The notes below the pieces were generated by a model that was not told the origin of the DNA, searched no databases, and saw only the letters and a program-made list of their open reading frames with translations. 64,000 nt of DNA, taken from assembly GCF_009914755.1 (NCBI RefSeq), contig NC_060929.1; one strand, given 5' to 3'. Numbering within the stretch: the first letter of the stretch is position 1; every line of letters begins with the position of its first letter. The translations under genes and the position numbers were made by a program. The stretch is from the human T2T-CHM13v2.0 reference genome, Homo sapiens. Positions 15,054 to 28,526 of this stretch are shown here, piece after piece.

Positions 15054-16959
15054 CTTATAAACAGTATTGCATGGATTTTGGTAGAAAAGCATAAGGGTAG
15101 CATTTTAGAGCTCTTTCTATCACAATTCAAATCAGAAATACAGTTTTCATTCATTTTAAAAGCTTTCATAAAACCTAACATCCAGTATAAGATGTCACTA
15201 AGATTCACACTAAGATTGGAACAATCTTTGGAACAGTAGTCAAGAAATGGGAGGATTATCCTGTGGGATTATCCTGAGGACAGCTTTACAAACAAAACAT
15301 GCACTGATGTGGTGGAGAGAAACACTTGGGAGCTTTTCTTGTAGAACACTGAATGATTAATAAGCCAAAGGTTTCATGAGGGAATGAAAAAGAGCTTCCT
15401 TTTGAGGGAAGGTAGAATTTTGCTGTGCACAATTGGCAGCAGTAGGCAGCAGTAAAGGCCAGGATTATACACAGCAGAACAGAGGGGCAAAGCAGGCAGC
15501 ACCAGCACAGACCAGCAAAGCAGAACATCTGCTAGCCAGGACGCCAAGATAAATTAAACTAATCAAGAGATGACTCAACAGTTGGAGATTTATGAGGACA
15601 CTGTTTACTACATCAGTGCTTGGGTGACCAGCATATGCCCTTGAGTGAAAAGAAGGGACAGATGAAGTGGGAAGAAACAATGAAAGACTGCCTGTATCCC
15701 CCGAAGTGATTAAACTATGAATTGGACAATAATGACAATATTAATCAAATCACTAGATCTGACTGAGTATACTGAATTGAAATAAAATAAAATTTTTGCT
15801 TAGGCAAATTGGGGAAATAAATTAAAATGTAAGCTTGTGTGCAGAAAATAATGAAAATTTGCTTTTATCTACATGTGAATCCCAGCATCTAAATTTGATT
15901 CTACTTCAGTTTCAAGAGATACAGTAAACACATGAGAGGTAGAAAACTATTGTATCAATTTGTGGGTTCAATGGGCTCTGAGGGTCCTGCCATCACACTT
16001 GTTTTTTATATCCATTGCATCATTGCAGTGACACAACATCTGCCCTCTGAAATGTAGAAAATAAAGAAAAATTCCAAATAAGCACTCCTCAATGAGCAAG
16101 TATATAGATGTATCATCTTTAACATTAGCGACTCCCATATATTTTCTGTGTGTGTGCATGTGTGATTTACCATTTCTGGAAAACTACAGATATGATTCAA
16201 AATAGTCCTGGGTCACTTGTTAATTGGTCAACTTGAAATGTCATGAGATTCTCATTCTAATCACCTGTAAGGGATGGAAAAGGTGGCGAGGTCAGTCACT
16301 GACTTGGCTTAAAAAAAAAAAAACAGAAACAGCATGTGGACAAAAACTGCTCTTACAACTTTGGTGAGTTCAGAACCACAAGCAAAGAGAGGTGTTATAG
16401 TTAATTTATCTTCCCTTCAAAGAAGAGAGGAATCTGTGGGAAAAATACACCTCAGTTATTTATTTCTTGCTGAGACATATTGTTGAAATCTCATTGAAAG
16501 AGCTTGAATACACTAATTCATATCGTTTCATCCTTTTCAAAAGCCCTACAATAGATAGAGACCAAAGGTGGTGGGGATTTCATTTCAATATATCAAAATT
16601 CTCACTATTTATTACTGTATTTTCCAATCCTTTTTATTACGTCCTTCTTTTCTTTTTAAAATCATACTCAACTTTTCAATTTCCACTGGCTGTTTCATAT
16701 TATTCTAACAAAAGGACTTTTGAGAGTAAGTGAGGCTTTTGTGTTGTTGATAGCCACACTCATTCTGTGATATTCCCCAATCTCCCTAGGACTGTGTCAG
16801 AACACCAGACACTAAAAGTCTTACTCAATGAAAAAAAAAATGCGATGCAACAAACTGAGATATTTAATTATCATAATAGTTCATATACATGTAGTATTTT
16901 ATATTATCTTACTATGTTTATACACTGCCACAAAATTATTAAAATGATTTAAAATTAAT

Positions 16960-17460
16960 ATTTTTCTAGGCTCTAGGGAAACAAAAATGAACTCGAAATT
17001 TCTGACTCAAAATAGCTCCAACTCTAATGGGTGAGACAGAGAGAAGACCAAGTATCTACAAGAAATTCTCATAACACACAGACTTACGAGAGTCTGCAGG
17101 AGAGATTTCTATTCCAGTTTGGCTGCCTGATTTAGAATCTCTTAGTACGTGCTTCAGCTTCAGGGATAAATCCTAAAGAAAGAATGAAAGTTTTCACAGT
17201 AAACAAGATAAGGGGCAAATTTCTCAGATCTCACAAGGGAGAGAACATGGAAGGCCAGTAACGATGTAGTGTAAGAAGTTTGCTCCATTTGTCTACTAAG
17301 CACAATTTTAGAATGGATGTGAAGTAAGAGAGAGAGAGGAAGGAGTAAATCATAGAGGATCTTGTCATATTATAAGACCTACATCATGTTATTTTAAAGG
17401 TGATAAGAAGCTTCACAGAAGGTTTATAAGAAGAAGAGCAACATAATCTATTTATTATTA
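16960..17460 (-). mobile_element. Degenerate L2 fragment
   Basis: 'ctaggctctagggaaacaaaaatgaa..gctccaactctaatgggtgagacaga' resembles the antisense L2 3' region. Confidence 0.45.
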
Positions 17461-17524
17461 CACAGCATAGGGGAGCAATATAGGATGGATAATGACTAAA
17501 TTAACTACTTCTAGACTCTTGAAA

Positions 17525-17730
17525 TGGGTTGCGTATTTTCAAATCTCTGCCCTGACACATGTGAGCTATATGTACCTGGGAAACTAAGTATCTCTGTGCC
17601 TCAATTTCTTCATCTCTAACATAGGATTGGGTAGGGGAATGATAAAATAACAACAACAACAAAAATAAACAAATACAGGATTGCTATGTGAATTAAATTT
17701 GGTTAATATAGAGTGCTTAGAACAATGTTT
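17525..17730 (+). mobile_element. MIR SINE
   Basis: Core 'tctctgtgcctcaatttcttcatctctaa' and 'agtgcttagaacaatg'. Confidence 0.75.
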
Positions 17731-17733
17731 GTG

Positions 17734-18339
17734 TGAAAGGACAACAAAATCTTGGGACCCCAAACTCAATATGCCAAAAGGAAAAGTTATGCTTGGAAAT
17801 GGAGTCACAGAAAACCTGCCTTTCCCTTTTGTTCCTATACATACATCTTACTAGGTGATCTCCCTCATCCTGACAATGTAGATGAATTGTTTATCTTCAT
17901 AGGTATGGGACAAGAGGAGACTAAAAATCACCCCTCTGCTCACCCTGAGACGAATGCGTATTTGACTTCTTCCTCAACTCTGTGTTTACATTATGTTAAG
18001 TAAAGTCCAGATTTACTGAGCGTGAGATGAATACATAATTGACTATTCCTCTGCCCCATCTTTTCACCACAACATGTAGATTCAGTGAGTACTAATCAAG
18101 GCCTCAAATGAATATAACTACTTGCCCCATTTGTCTACTCTGCCTTTTTCTTCTTTTTGCCCCCTCCGCCAACTTTTTCCCTTTTAAATACTGAAGCCCG
18201 CAAAACCCTCTTTGGAGAAGAGCTCAGGCCACAGATCATACTGTGGCACATGTCTCCTTTAAGTGGGTGTGTCCTCAACATTGGAAAAATAAACCTCTAA
18301 TGTGATTGAGAGCTGCTTCAAATACTTTTTTCTTTTACA
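17734..18339 (+). mobile_element. ERV1 solo LTR (MER39/MER34/LTR49 group)
   Basis: TG...CA ends; starts 'tgaaagga..aaaatcttgggaccccaaactc..gccaaaaggaaaagtt'; TATA-like ttttaaata and aataaa before the end; about 606 bp. Confidence 0.75.
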
Positions 18340-18526
18340 GCTGAAATGCTTGAAAAATAATAATAGTTAAAACTAGTCTCAGTGTTGTTGCTAGAAGGTG
18401 TAATAATAAGGAATGCAGAAAGCATATATTAGAATATTGTATTTTTTTAAGAAACATAGTGTTGAATCTCTGAGATTGATTATTTGGTTAGAGAAAAAAA
18501 GATGAGCTTAAAAACACAAGGATGTT

Positions 18527-18844
<318 letters not shown>

Positions 18845-19504
18845 AAAACACAAAGATGCCAAATTAGTATAAGATGGTAATTGTTGCAAGTCAAATTTGT
18901 TTCTCAGTTATCTAGTTCTGTTGATTGGTGTGCTACAATTTCACACAATAAACACAAGAGTGACAGATTTTTAAGAAGAAGGTTAAAAGAATTTTTGTTT
19001 GGAAAAAAAATTGGGTTTTTCTATGGTACTGGCAGATAGTAATGCTTACGCAACAACTGGATTCGTGAAAGATTTAGAAGTTTCTCTTATAGTTGTGAAT
19101 CAGACTTTCTTAAATTTATCTTGTAATAATTTCACGTTGTAATTGTGCTGGTAAGAAGGGATAAACGAAGAGGTATTTTTTAATGTGTTACTAAAATTTG
19201 CCTCATTAGGCAATAAATAAACATTAGTTCACTATTTCTTACTGTATGTAATAAAAAATAATGCACTGCTTTTGTTTAAACAATACTGTGGGTAATGGAG
19301 TAGAGGAGGAGGATAACACTGTCAGAAAATTAAAATATCATCCTGGGGTAAGACTATTATGGTGTGCATTTTGCTTACACAGATGATTTACTGATATCCT
19401 GGGATTAGTATCCATTGTTACCATATTAGTTTTAATTGCAAAGCGATGAATACCAAACCTTCAAATTTTTAACATTTAAATTTAAAAAAAATTCTTGCAC
19501 ATGT

Positions 19505-19912
19505 ATCTATGAGTCAGCTCTGTTTCTGCTGGCTTGCCAAGGCTTGCTTCCATGCTGAAATTTGGGTTCAGATTTATTCCTCAATTTTCCTCATTCTGCA
19601 ACCAATGTCTCTGTTTCTCTCATGGTGGATTAGAGAAAAACACAAAAAAGCAAACCAAAGCTTACAGTAACATGTACAATATCTGCTCTCATCATATCAT
19701 GTGGCAAAACGACTCACTGAGCTAAACCAAACATCAAGGTAGCAGGGAAATATATTCTATCATCTGTTTCTGGCATTGGAAAAGTCACATGGAAAAGCAT
19801 ATGGAGACGTATATGCAGAGAGAGAGAGAGAGAGAGAGAGGATAGATAGATAATAGATAGATATACTTCTATTATCAGAAATAAATGATTGGCCATAATC
19901 TATTCTGTAACA
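19505..19912 (-). mobile_element. Old MLT1 (MLT1J/K-like) LTR fragment with internal (GA)n/(GATA)n
   Basis: 'aaaccaaacatcaaggtagcagggaaatatattct..aaagtcacatggaaaagc' motifs. Confidence 0.55.
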
Positions 19913-21784
19913 ACCTTAGTTTTTTTGTGTGTGTGAACAAGCAAATAAATTGGAAGTAAACTTTACTGAAAATTATTTAAACTTGTTTCTTTAAAGCTGT
20001 CTGACAATCCCATGAGAGAAAGTATTAATATTTTCTCCACTGTTAATTCTTCTAACTCACTCACCAGCTGAATGGTACAATTTGTAAATTCAACCCAGAT
20101 AAATTTATGATTCTTCCTTACAGATTGTGTACAGTGAAAAGAGCCATTTCAGGAGCTCCAACATGTAAATGGTAGATGGAATAAGAGAAGATCACAGAGA
20201 CTAAACAGGACAGGCCAGAGAGAGAGACACCGCAGAATAGAGTGGAAGACAAGAGAGAGCTCAAGAAGAGAGGGGAAAAATATCAATTAAAGTTGAGAAT
20301 AAGAGGGTGATGAAGACTGACACATATCTCTTAGATGTGACAACTAGCAGTTCATTAATGACCTAGGCAATTAAGTTAATAAAAATTATTATTCACTTTA
20401 TAGTTTCCGATTTTAAATAAATAGCAAAATTTAGAAGGTTTTACCAGCCTGAGGTAATTAAAAATGGATTATACAAATTAATTTTCTTGATAGCCTAGGA
20501 TGATAGGAGTGCTTTTGAAAACATAATTCAATCCCTTAGTTTATGCTTATGACCAGAAAAAAACAATGGTTTTAATATTTTTAAAGATTAAGTTAGAGAT
20601 CAATAGCTTCCATAAGATGTTTAGTGGTTTCAAACTTCATAAAGAAATGCCCTACATGCTGATTATAATCACTGACCTCATATTTCTACAGATAAAAATA
20701 AACCAAAGTAACATACTTCTAATGTAAAACTTTCTATACTTCACTCCAAATATAATTGTTTTTCAGACAATGCTTCAGTATTGTTGCTTTTTATAACTTT
20801 AGAAACATCTGATATATTTTAAAACATATGATGCATAAGAATAATTTATAAACAATGTGTTCTCGTTTTGTTCTTTGCTTAGGTTTATTTATAAGATTAA
20901 TTAGTTTTATATAAAACATGTAACTTATTTAGTGAACTGTTTAATTTATTTCTTCTCGTGTGTTCTGTTTCCAAGCTTACATTTTTAAGGATATAATGTC
21001 ATTACCAGGAATTGGTGAACTTTGGTCTATAATTGATTTTAAATCCTGAAAAATAGATAATTATATTAATGCCAAATATGTGTGTGTGTATGGACATGTG
21101 TTATTACGTAAATGACAGCTTGTTGTAATCACATTGCCTTTAGTCACAAGCAAAGAAAGTAGGGATAATTTCCCATTAGCAATTTTGGAACACAAACATA
21201 AATCTTGATAAAAATATTATTTTAAATTTAGACTACATAGAAAATAATTGAGATAAGAGATACCTATTGTGAAAAACAAATGTACGTATTTTAGCATCTC
21301 TAAATATTTGCTGGATGTAATTTAGTCATCCAGAGAGTACCTCAAAAGTATTGTTGCACATGTTTGCTTTATAGTCAATAAGAGAGAATAACACATACTA
21401 AGCAAAAGCTTTAAAAACACTGATACGATGCTAATATATTCTTACATTTTTTCTCACTTCAAAAAAACCTCCGTATATAGTATATGCACTTCTACCAGAG
21501 ACATGGAATAAAAATTTTCTCAACCAAATCTTCAACAGTTCTCATGTCATTGAACTAACATACGCTTAAAACTTTGCTTTTTCTTTTTTTAAAAAAATAT
21601 TTACAAGAGTTGTTGAGCCTTCTTTCAGAATGAAACATTATACTGGCTTTTCCCTTACTGTGCTGATTTGTGGTTATTTTCATCAAAGGTGTTTAATCAA
21701 CATATGGCCACTATGCTTTTGTTCTTTATACTGAATATGAGTCAGTCGATATAATGATATTCACTGAAAATGATACAGAAACAT

Positions 21785-22368
21785 AATTGTTCCAGAAGCT
21801 GTGGTTACATAACTAATTACTCCAAAACTTAGTGGCATAAAATAACCCTTTACAATGCTTATGGAGTCTGTCGACCAGGAATTCACATAGTGCTCAGCTT
21901 ATTTTACTTCTCCAAGGGATAGTACCTCACCTGAAAGCCTAAAGTCTAGGGAATTTGAAAACTCACATACTCACTTGGCTAGGAGTTGATCCTAGACCTT
22001 GGCTAAGACCTTAGCTGGGATGGTCACTGGAACACCTACAAGGAGTCTAACCATGTGACTAGGATTTCTTCATTACATAGAAGCTAGGTTCCTTGGTTGA
22101 GGGTGAGAGAGAGAGAGAGACAGAGAGAGAGAATCTCTTTTTAGTGGCATAGCCTCAGAATGTTATGATCTCATAGCCTCAGAATGTTTCAGATCTCTGA
22201 AAAATATCACTTCTGTCATACATATTGTACAGAACAGTCAAAATCCTCCTTCCTTCAAATCCAAGGAAACAAAATTGATTCTAACATTTGACAAAAATGG
22301 ATAGGTTTGGAAATGTATATGGAAATAGAGATATTGCTGTGGGAACTTTTGGAAAACAATCCGCCTCA
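21785..22368 (-). mobile_element. MLT1F-like LTR
   Basis: 'aattactccaaaacttagtggcataaaataa', 'ccaggaattca', 'ggaacacctaca' and 'gatattgctgtgggaacttttggaaaacaatc'. Confidence 0.7.
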
Positions 22369-22854
22369 ATATTGAAAAATCAAATGTGGTAATCTTAGAG
22401 ATGTTGGTCTAGGGGTACTTATTTATGTTTTAATTTTTATTCTTTTCTTTGTGACACATTTTAAATAATAATCATATATTTCTCCATTAAAATAATTGAA
22501 ATAAATAATATGGGTGTATACCAGGAAAATCATCAGCATCACACATTTCTTATACAGATTAGAGAAAATATAAAACTATGTTTTATCCCTTTAGCTATTC
22601 ATATAGTTTATATATATAGCAGGCATGAGAGTTAACCATTTTATCCTGAATGTCCTTTATTTAACAAGAAGAAAGTATAGTAATTGTAGGCTACATTTAA
22701 AGATATCTATCAATTTTAAGATTAAGTAGTTGTGAGACCACATTGTGGAATAGAATAATAAAATGGTGATCAATGCTGTGATAACCGATTAATAACAATA
22801 AATTTAGAAAATATTATTCCTGCTTTTCAAATTTTCCTTTGTTGCTAAAGTATC

Positions 22855-23106
22855 AGTATTCATTTCCTAAGGGGTTTCATAACAAATTACTACAAATCTT
22901 GGCTTGTAGATACATCACTTTGTCTCTTGTAAGGATACTTGTCATTGAACTTAGGGTCCACCTAAATTATCCTAGGATGATGTTCTCTTGAGTCGCTTAT
23001 TTTAAATACATCTGGAAAGACTGTTTTTCTAAATAACATTTTCTAAATAACGTTTCTAGTTGTAGGTGTGCATATCTTTGAGGGGACAATCATTAAACTC
23101 AATACA
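22855..23106 (-). mobile_element. Internally deleted MLT1 (B/C-like) LTR
   Basis: 'aacaaattactacaaa', 'taaggatacttgtcattgaacttagggtccacc' and '..aataca'; perfect 5-bp TSD gtatc (22850-22854, 23107-23111). Confidence 0.8.
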
Positions 23107-25356
23107 GTATCAATGGTTATATTTCTCCAAATATATAAAGAAGTTATTAGTATACAAATTGAAGTCTTTTTAGCTGCTTAATTTTCAGTGGCTATTTTTT
23201 TCCCAAAGTTATCAGCATCGTGCTGCTAGTCATCAGTAATTCACATACTTTACAAATACAGGAAATTATTTTTGATGCTGAATTAGCAATGAATTAATGT
23301 TACCATAGATCTCTTGTAATATTTTATAAAGTTATAAATAACACTCTTTGCTTATTCAACTAGTTGGTTTAAAATTCAGTCCACATGTGAACCAGCAGAT
23401 TAAGATATCTCCCTGTTCACCAAGATATATCCTCCCCAGGAAAACAAAAGGAAAAGAACAAAGAAAAATATGGACTATATAATTTTTTTAAACTCTTGAC
23501 TATCTACATGGCCTGTAATCATTCAGTTTATTCTTAAGTATAGGTAATAAGTAACAGATAAATTAAATAGATTATAATACCAGAAGTCTAATGTAACCAA
23601 TTAATTTTTATTATTAATTTTTTATTGATGTGTGCTTGTTGCTGACTTTCAACTTTTCCCAGATAGCCTCATGTATATTACTTTTAAAAAGCCTGATTTT
23701 TACATGTTCAAATAAGGTATAAAAAGTTATCTATTACATGTATGTACAAATTTTCACAATCTTTTTCTGACATCATTCCTGTCTAACATTATGATTGAAT
23801 ATAACTTCATGACGTTTGAAAATACATTATATACAATCTACATATTATAAAATCTAAGATGTTTATTTCCAAGAAAATATTACTTTCTGGATTAATTCAT
23901 GTTACATAGCGACTGTAAATTTTTGATACTCTTTGTAGATGCTTAGGCTTAAAAATATTTTCAAAATTTGTAGATAGTACAAGAGAGCAAAGTTTATTTG
24001 TCATATTTTTGCTTGAAAGTTATTGAAAGTATTCTTCACTTTAATATATGTGTACAGATTCCTGTTGTGACACTTGGTGAATAAATATAAAAGAATATAG
24101 AATTCAACACTGATACAGAGAAATAATTTAGATTTTAGAAACTCTGTGAATGAATTGTGTGTTATAAAACAACTGTTAGGGTGTTGAATTGATGAGGACG
24201 GTTAGGTCTAATTTCATAGACATGAGAATTTGTAGCTTGAAGAGAACTTCGTAAATTATGAACCTAAGGCAGATAAAAGTTAAATAACTAGCTCAAGCCA
24301 GTTTTAGGGCAAGTGAGAGAATATTTTGACTTCCAGCCTATTTTCTTTATATTGTATCATTACATTTAAGAAAATGACTTCAAATTGTGCCCCATATTAA
24401 TGGCTTCACACTTTAGTTACAGACAAATTATTCAACAATAATTAAATATTATTGTTATCTGAAATTCCATTTGTGCATCATAATGTCTTTGAAACTTCTT
24501 TACATTTTTTAACAAAGAAAATATCTTATTTAAGCCAAAGTTAAAATAACTATTAACTAAGTTAAAAAAATGTAAAATATTATGCAAAATTAAGAGTTTA
24601 ACTTAAATTGACATATGTAAATTTGAAAAAATAATCTTTTAACTTGAATAGTCTATTTTATGAGTCTGCAACACAAGTAGGTATCATAAAACTAATTGTT
24701 TTAAAATTTGAAAAAGTTTATGCTTTTATTAGGTTCATAGTGTTATAATGTAATAACTGCTATTTTAATATTTCATAACCTAATTAAATGTGTAGTGTTT
24801 ATGAATCTGGCTTTCACTGAAACTTTTTCATTGGATTTTAACTAAAACTATCTTCTATTAACAAAAGGACTGGAAATAGCAATCTTAAAATTGGTCTGCT
24901 TTCAAGTAAATTTAATGCTTGAGATATCATATACTGTGTCCATGAATACTTTTTGAAAATTTTGTACATTCAAATAATTATTTATTCTTCTCTCCCTCTC
25001 CCTGTTTTCCCACTACACTTCTCAGCCTCTTAGCTTAAGTTCTGGAAGGTATCCCTTCTTACTAGGTAGTCCTGCTCTCAGAATCATGAGGGCACTCTCT
25101 CAATGCTAACCACTGCTCTTTGTGTATCCTGTAAGGAAAACAAATGACCAATGTACATTCTTCCCCAGAAATCTCAAAGTACATCATTCAAATAAATATA
25201 ATGTCTTTCGCCACCCACCACGGTTTCTGTTATTTTCTGTTCAATTTTTCTTACTCATTTTTAAAATCAGACACATAGTTTCAAAATTGTCAGATTTATT
25301 AAATATATTTAAAGTAGTTAATTTTACCATAAAGTTCTACCTCAATGAAATAAAAT

Positions 25357-26115
25357 TATGGAAGACAATATGGAAGGTCCTCAAAACAATAAAAAATAGT
25401 TCTCCCAAAAGATCTAGCAATCTCATTTCTGGGTATACCTCTAAAATGATTGAAATCAGGTTTTCAAAGAGATATCTGCACTTCCATGTTCATTGAAGAA
25501 TTATTTATAATAGCCAAGATATAGAAACAACTCAAATTCCATCAACAGATGAATGACTAAAAAGTTGTGGCATACACATACAATAAAATATTATTCAGTC
25601 CTAAAAAAGGAAATCCTACCATTATTTGCAACAACATAGATAAACCTGAAAGAAGTTGTGCTCAGTGAAATAAATCAGTCACAGAAGGACATAGAGCACA
25701 TGATTTATATGAGGCACATCAAATAGCCAAAGGTATGGAAGTAGACTGTAGAGTGTTGATTACCAGGGAATGGGAGAGAGGGCTATTGGAAATTGTTTAA
25801 TTGATATAAAGCTACAGTTATACAATATGAGTAAGTTGTCCTATGCAACATGATTCCTATAGTAAATAATAACGTACTTACTTAAGTACTTAAGCACTTT
25901 TTAAGAGGGCAGATCTCATTTTAGGTGTTCTCACCACAAAAACAAACAAAGCCAAAGGGACACACAAAAGCTTTTGGAGGTGATAGATATGTTTACTATC
26001 TGGATTGTGATGATAGTAACATGAGTTTATACATACATTCAAACTCATCAAATTGTATGCATTAATTATGTGAATTTTTAATACCATTATACCTTAATAA
26101 AGGTGTGGGGGAAAA
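25357..26115 (+). mobile_element. L1MA10/L1MB1-like 3' end
   Basis: ORF2 end 'gatctagcaatctcatttctgggtata..gatatctgcacttccatgttcattg' and 3'UTR 'gcttttggaggtgatagatatg..caaactcatcaaattgta..ccttaataaag'. Confidence 0.85.
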
Positions 26116-26412
26116 GAAATCATAGGAAGTCAGACAGACAATGTTGATCTCTGAAAAATAAATAGTGAGATTAATAAAAATAGACAGTAATAAAAATTAT
26201 TCGAGGAGTTGTAAATCATTTTACTAGCTTTAGATTTCATTATGTGAGCATTTGCAACCATTTGGAGTATTTTTTATACAGTAAGTAAAATAGCCTAATA
26301 TACATTTTAAGAAAATCACTTTTCTTATTTGTTGAGAAATAGACTGAAAGAGGAGGAATTGAAATAGGAGACAAAGCTTCATGGATCTAATATATTTGTA
26401 TTATCTTAAAGG

Positions 26413-26845
26413 CAGTGATGTGTGGTAAAGGTTGAACTACCAGACATGTGAGGAAAACCGAGAAAGAGAGAGAGAAAGGAAGAAAGGAGGGAAGGAAAAA
26501 AGAAGGAAGGAAGGAAGGAAGGAAGAGAGGGAAGGAGAAAGGAAGGGAGGAAGAGGGGAGGAGGGAGTGGGGGAGAGAGTGGAAGGAGGGAGCAGGGAAA
26601 GAAGGCAGGAAGGAAGGAAAGAAGGAAGGAAGGAAGGAAAGATGGAAGGAAGGAAGGAAGGAAGGAAAGAAGGAAGGAAGGCAGGCAGGCAGGCCCCTGT
26701 TTTGTACCTATGACAATTTCCTTGGGTAAATACTTCTGCTATTGTAAATTTTCAGATACCAAAGTTATGTCAACTAGCCCACAAAATTCAAAATATTTAA
26801 GAATTGAATTTTATAGTTCTGTATGAGTATATATGAGCCCACCAA
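26413..26845. mobile_element. MER63A-like hAT element split by a GA-rich expansion
   Basis: Left end 'cagtgatgtgtggtaaaggttgaac'. Right part 'ccctgttttgtacc..aatttcc..gtaaatact..cacaaaattc..aatatttaagaatt' resembles MER63A as I recall it. Confidence 0.55.
26460..26693. repeat. Polypurine (GGAA)n/(GA)n/(GGCA)n tract
   Basis: 26460-26567 is purine-only on +; several runs of up to about 6 consecutive GGAA. Confidence 0.95.
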
Positions 26846-27516
26846 TCTCTGGGGAAGAGACTGATTTTTTAAAATTTAGACATGATCTAATAAGTCATGG
26901 GAAAATGTTAATGGTTACTGAAAAATATGCATCTGGAGAGTATAATTTTAACTTCCTTAAAACAAGGAAGAAATCAAAAGGTAGTGTATAATTTCTAGGT
27001 CAATTTGTTGATAACAAACTTACCATAAATGTAAAATCTGTGTCTCACCAGCAAAGTTATATGTTCATTTCTGATATTTTTTCATGATAAAACTTACATG
27101 GAAATAGAAGTGCCAAGAAGAGCAAAGGATGTCTTGAATAAAACAGTATATGTGGGATGACTTGTTCTACAGATATCAAGTCACATATTTAACAAGATTT
27201 TTGCAGTATAATTTAGATAGAAGGAATGTACATTTTAAGGTTACAGTTTAATGAATTGTGGCAAATGAATACTATTACCTTGAACCAAAACACTTATTAA
27301 GAAATAGAACATTTATATCACCCTAGAAAATTCTTAGCTTTCCTTGTCAATCAGTTCCTTACAAATCTGTCCCTGGTAACAACTGCTATGACTTGTAATA
27401 CTATGTAAGTATTGCAAAGATTATTTTTCAGCCTGCGGCTTGCGGTTTGATTATGTTAATAGATTTTTAAGAGTAATTTTCATTTGGTAAAGTTTAACAT
27501 ATGATTTTTACTGTCA

Positions 27517-27807
27517 TTTTTTTTCAGGCAGGGTCTCATTGTGCTTCCCAGGCTAGAGTGAGTGCAGTCATGTGATCTCTGCTCATTGCAACTGCAACCC
27601 TCCAGGCTCTAGTGGTCCTCCCACTAGAGTAGCTGGGACTGCAGGTGCTCACCACCAAGCCTGGCTAATTTTGCTTATTTTTTCTTTTTTGTAGAGACCA
27701 GGTCTTACTATGTTGCCCAGGCTGGTCTCTAACTCCTGAACTCAAGTCATCCTCTTGCCTTGGCCTCCCAAAGTCTGGGATTACAGGCATGAGACACTGT
27801 GCCCAAC
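27517..27807 (-). mobile_element. AluJ
   Basis: Diverged antisense Alu with J-type 'ttgtagagac..ctatgttgcccaggctggtct..ctcaagt'. Confidence 0.9.
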
Positions 27808-28526
27808 AAATATGTCATATTTTTAAATGTTATGATTAATGAGTTTGTGTGTTCTTTCAAGGAATCTGTTTCTACTCAAGATTCTATTAATAAAATTTTT
27901 GTGTTACTCTTTAGAAATTGTACAGATGTTACCTTTGGGCCTATGATCCATTAAAATTCGTTTGTTTATATGGTGTTAGAGTTGGGATTGGTATTCTATG
28001 TTTTCATTATATATAATGAGGTGGGCTAGGGCCATTTGTTTAACAAATTAGTCATTTTCTATTGAAGTACATTGCATCTTTGCCATACATCAGCTGACCA
28101 GATATACCTCTATTTTGGACTTTTTTAATTCCTTTCGTTTGTCTGTATTTACATAAATGTCACACTGAGTTCATAACAGTAGCTTTTCAGTAAGTACTGC
28201 TACAACTGGGTATAATTTCTTCAAGTTTGTCATTTTCAAAATAGTTTAGGCTATTTTGGGTTCTTTGCTTTTCCAAATAAATTTTAGAATTAGCTTTTTA
28301 TTTCTAAAAGTCAACAAACAGAATCTCAGTTGGAATTTGATTTGGATTTTATTCAATTTGTTGATAAAATTTAAAATGGATGTCTTAACAATACTGAGTC
28401 TATCAATTCATGAACATAGGCCATCTCTCAATTTATTTATATGTCCTTGAATTTCTCTAATTTTTGTAATGCTTTAATATAGAGTCTTAGACCATATTTC
28501 ACAGAATGTATTTCTTTAAGGGTATT

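Noticed and set aside
16280-16375. AGGTCA half-site with a small hairpin and a TTG|GTGAGT donor suggesting a first exon
   Set aside because: Such short motifs are expected by chance; there is no CpG island or other promoter evidence.
21445-21553. Possible minus-strand exon (FNDMRTVEDLVEKIFIPCL, or a frame ending at AAT|GTAAGA)
   Set aside because: The acceptors lack a good polypyrimidine tract, and no single frame joins a good acceptor to a good donor without a stop.
22148-22188. Direct repeat catagcctcagaatgtt x2 (similar short repeats near 23025 and 42082)
   Set aside because: These are ordinary micro-duplications with two copies only, not a CRISPR-like or spaced array.
26432-26729. Charged E/R/K/G-rich ORFs
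   Set aside because: They are translations of the GGAA/GA microsatellite.
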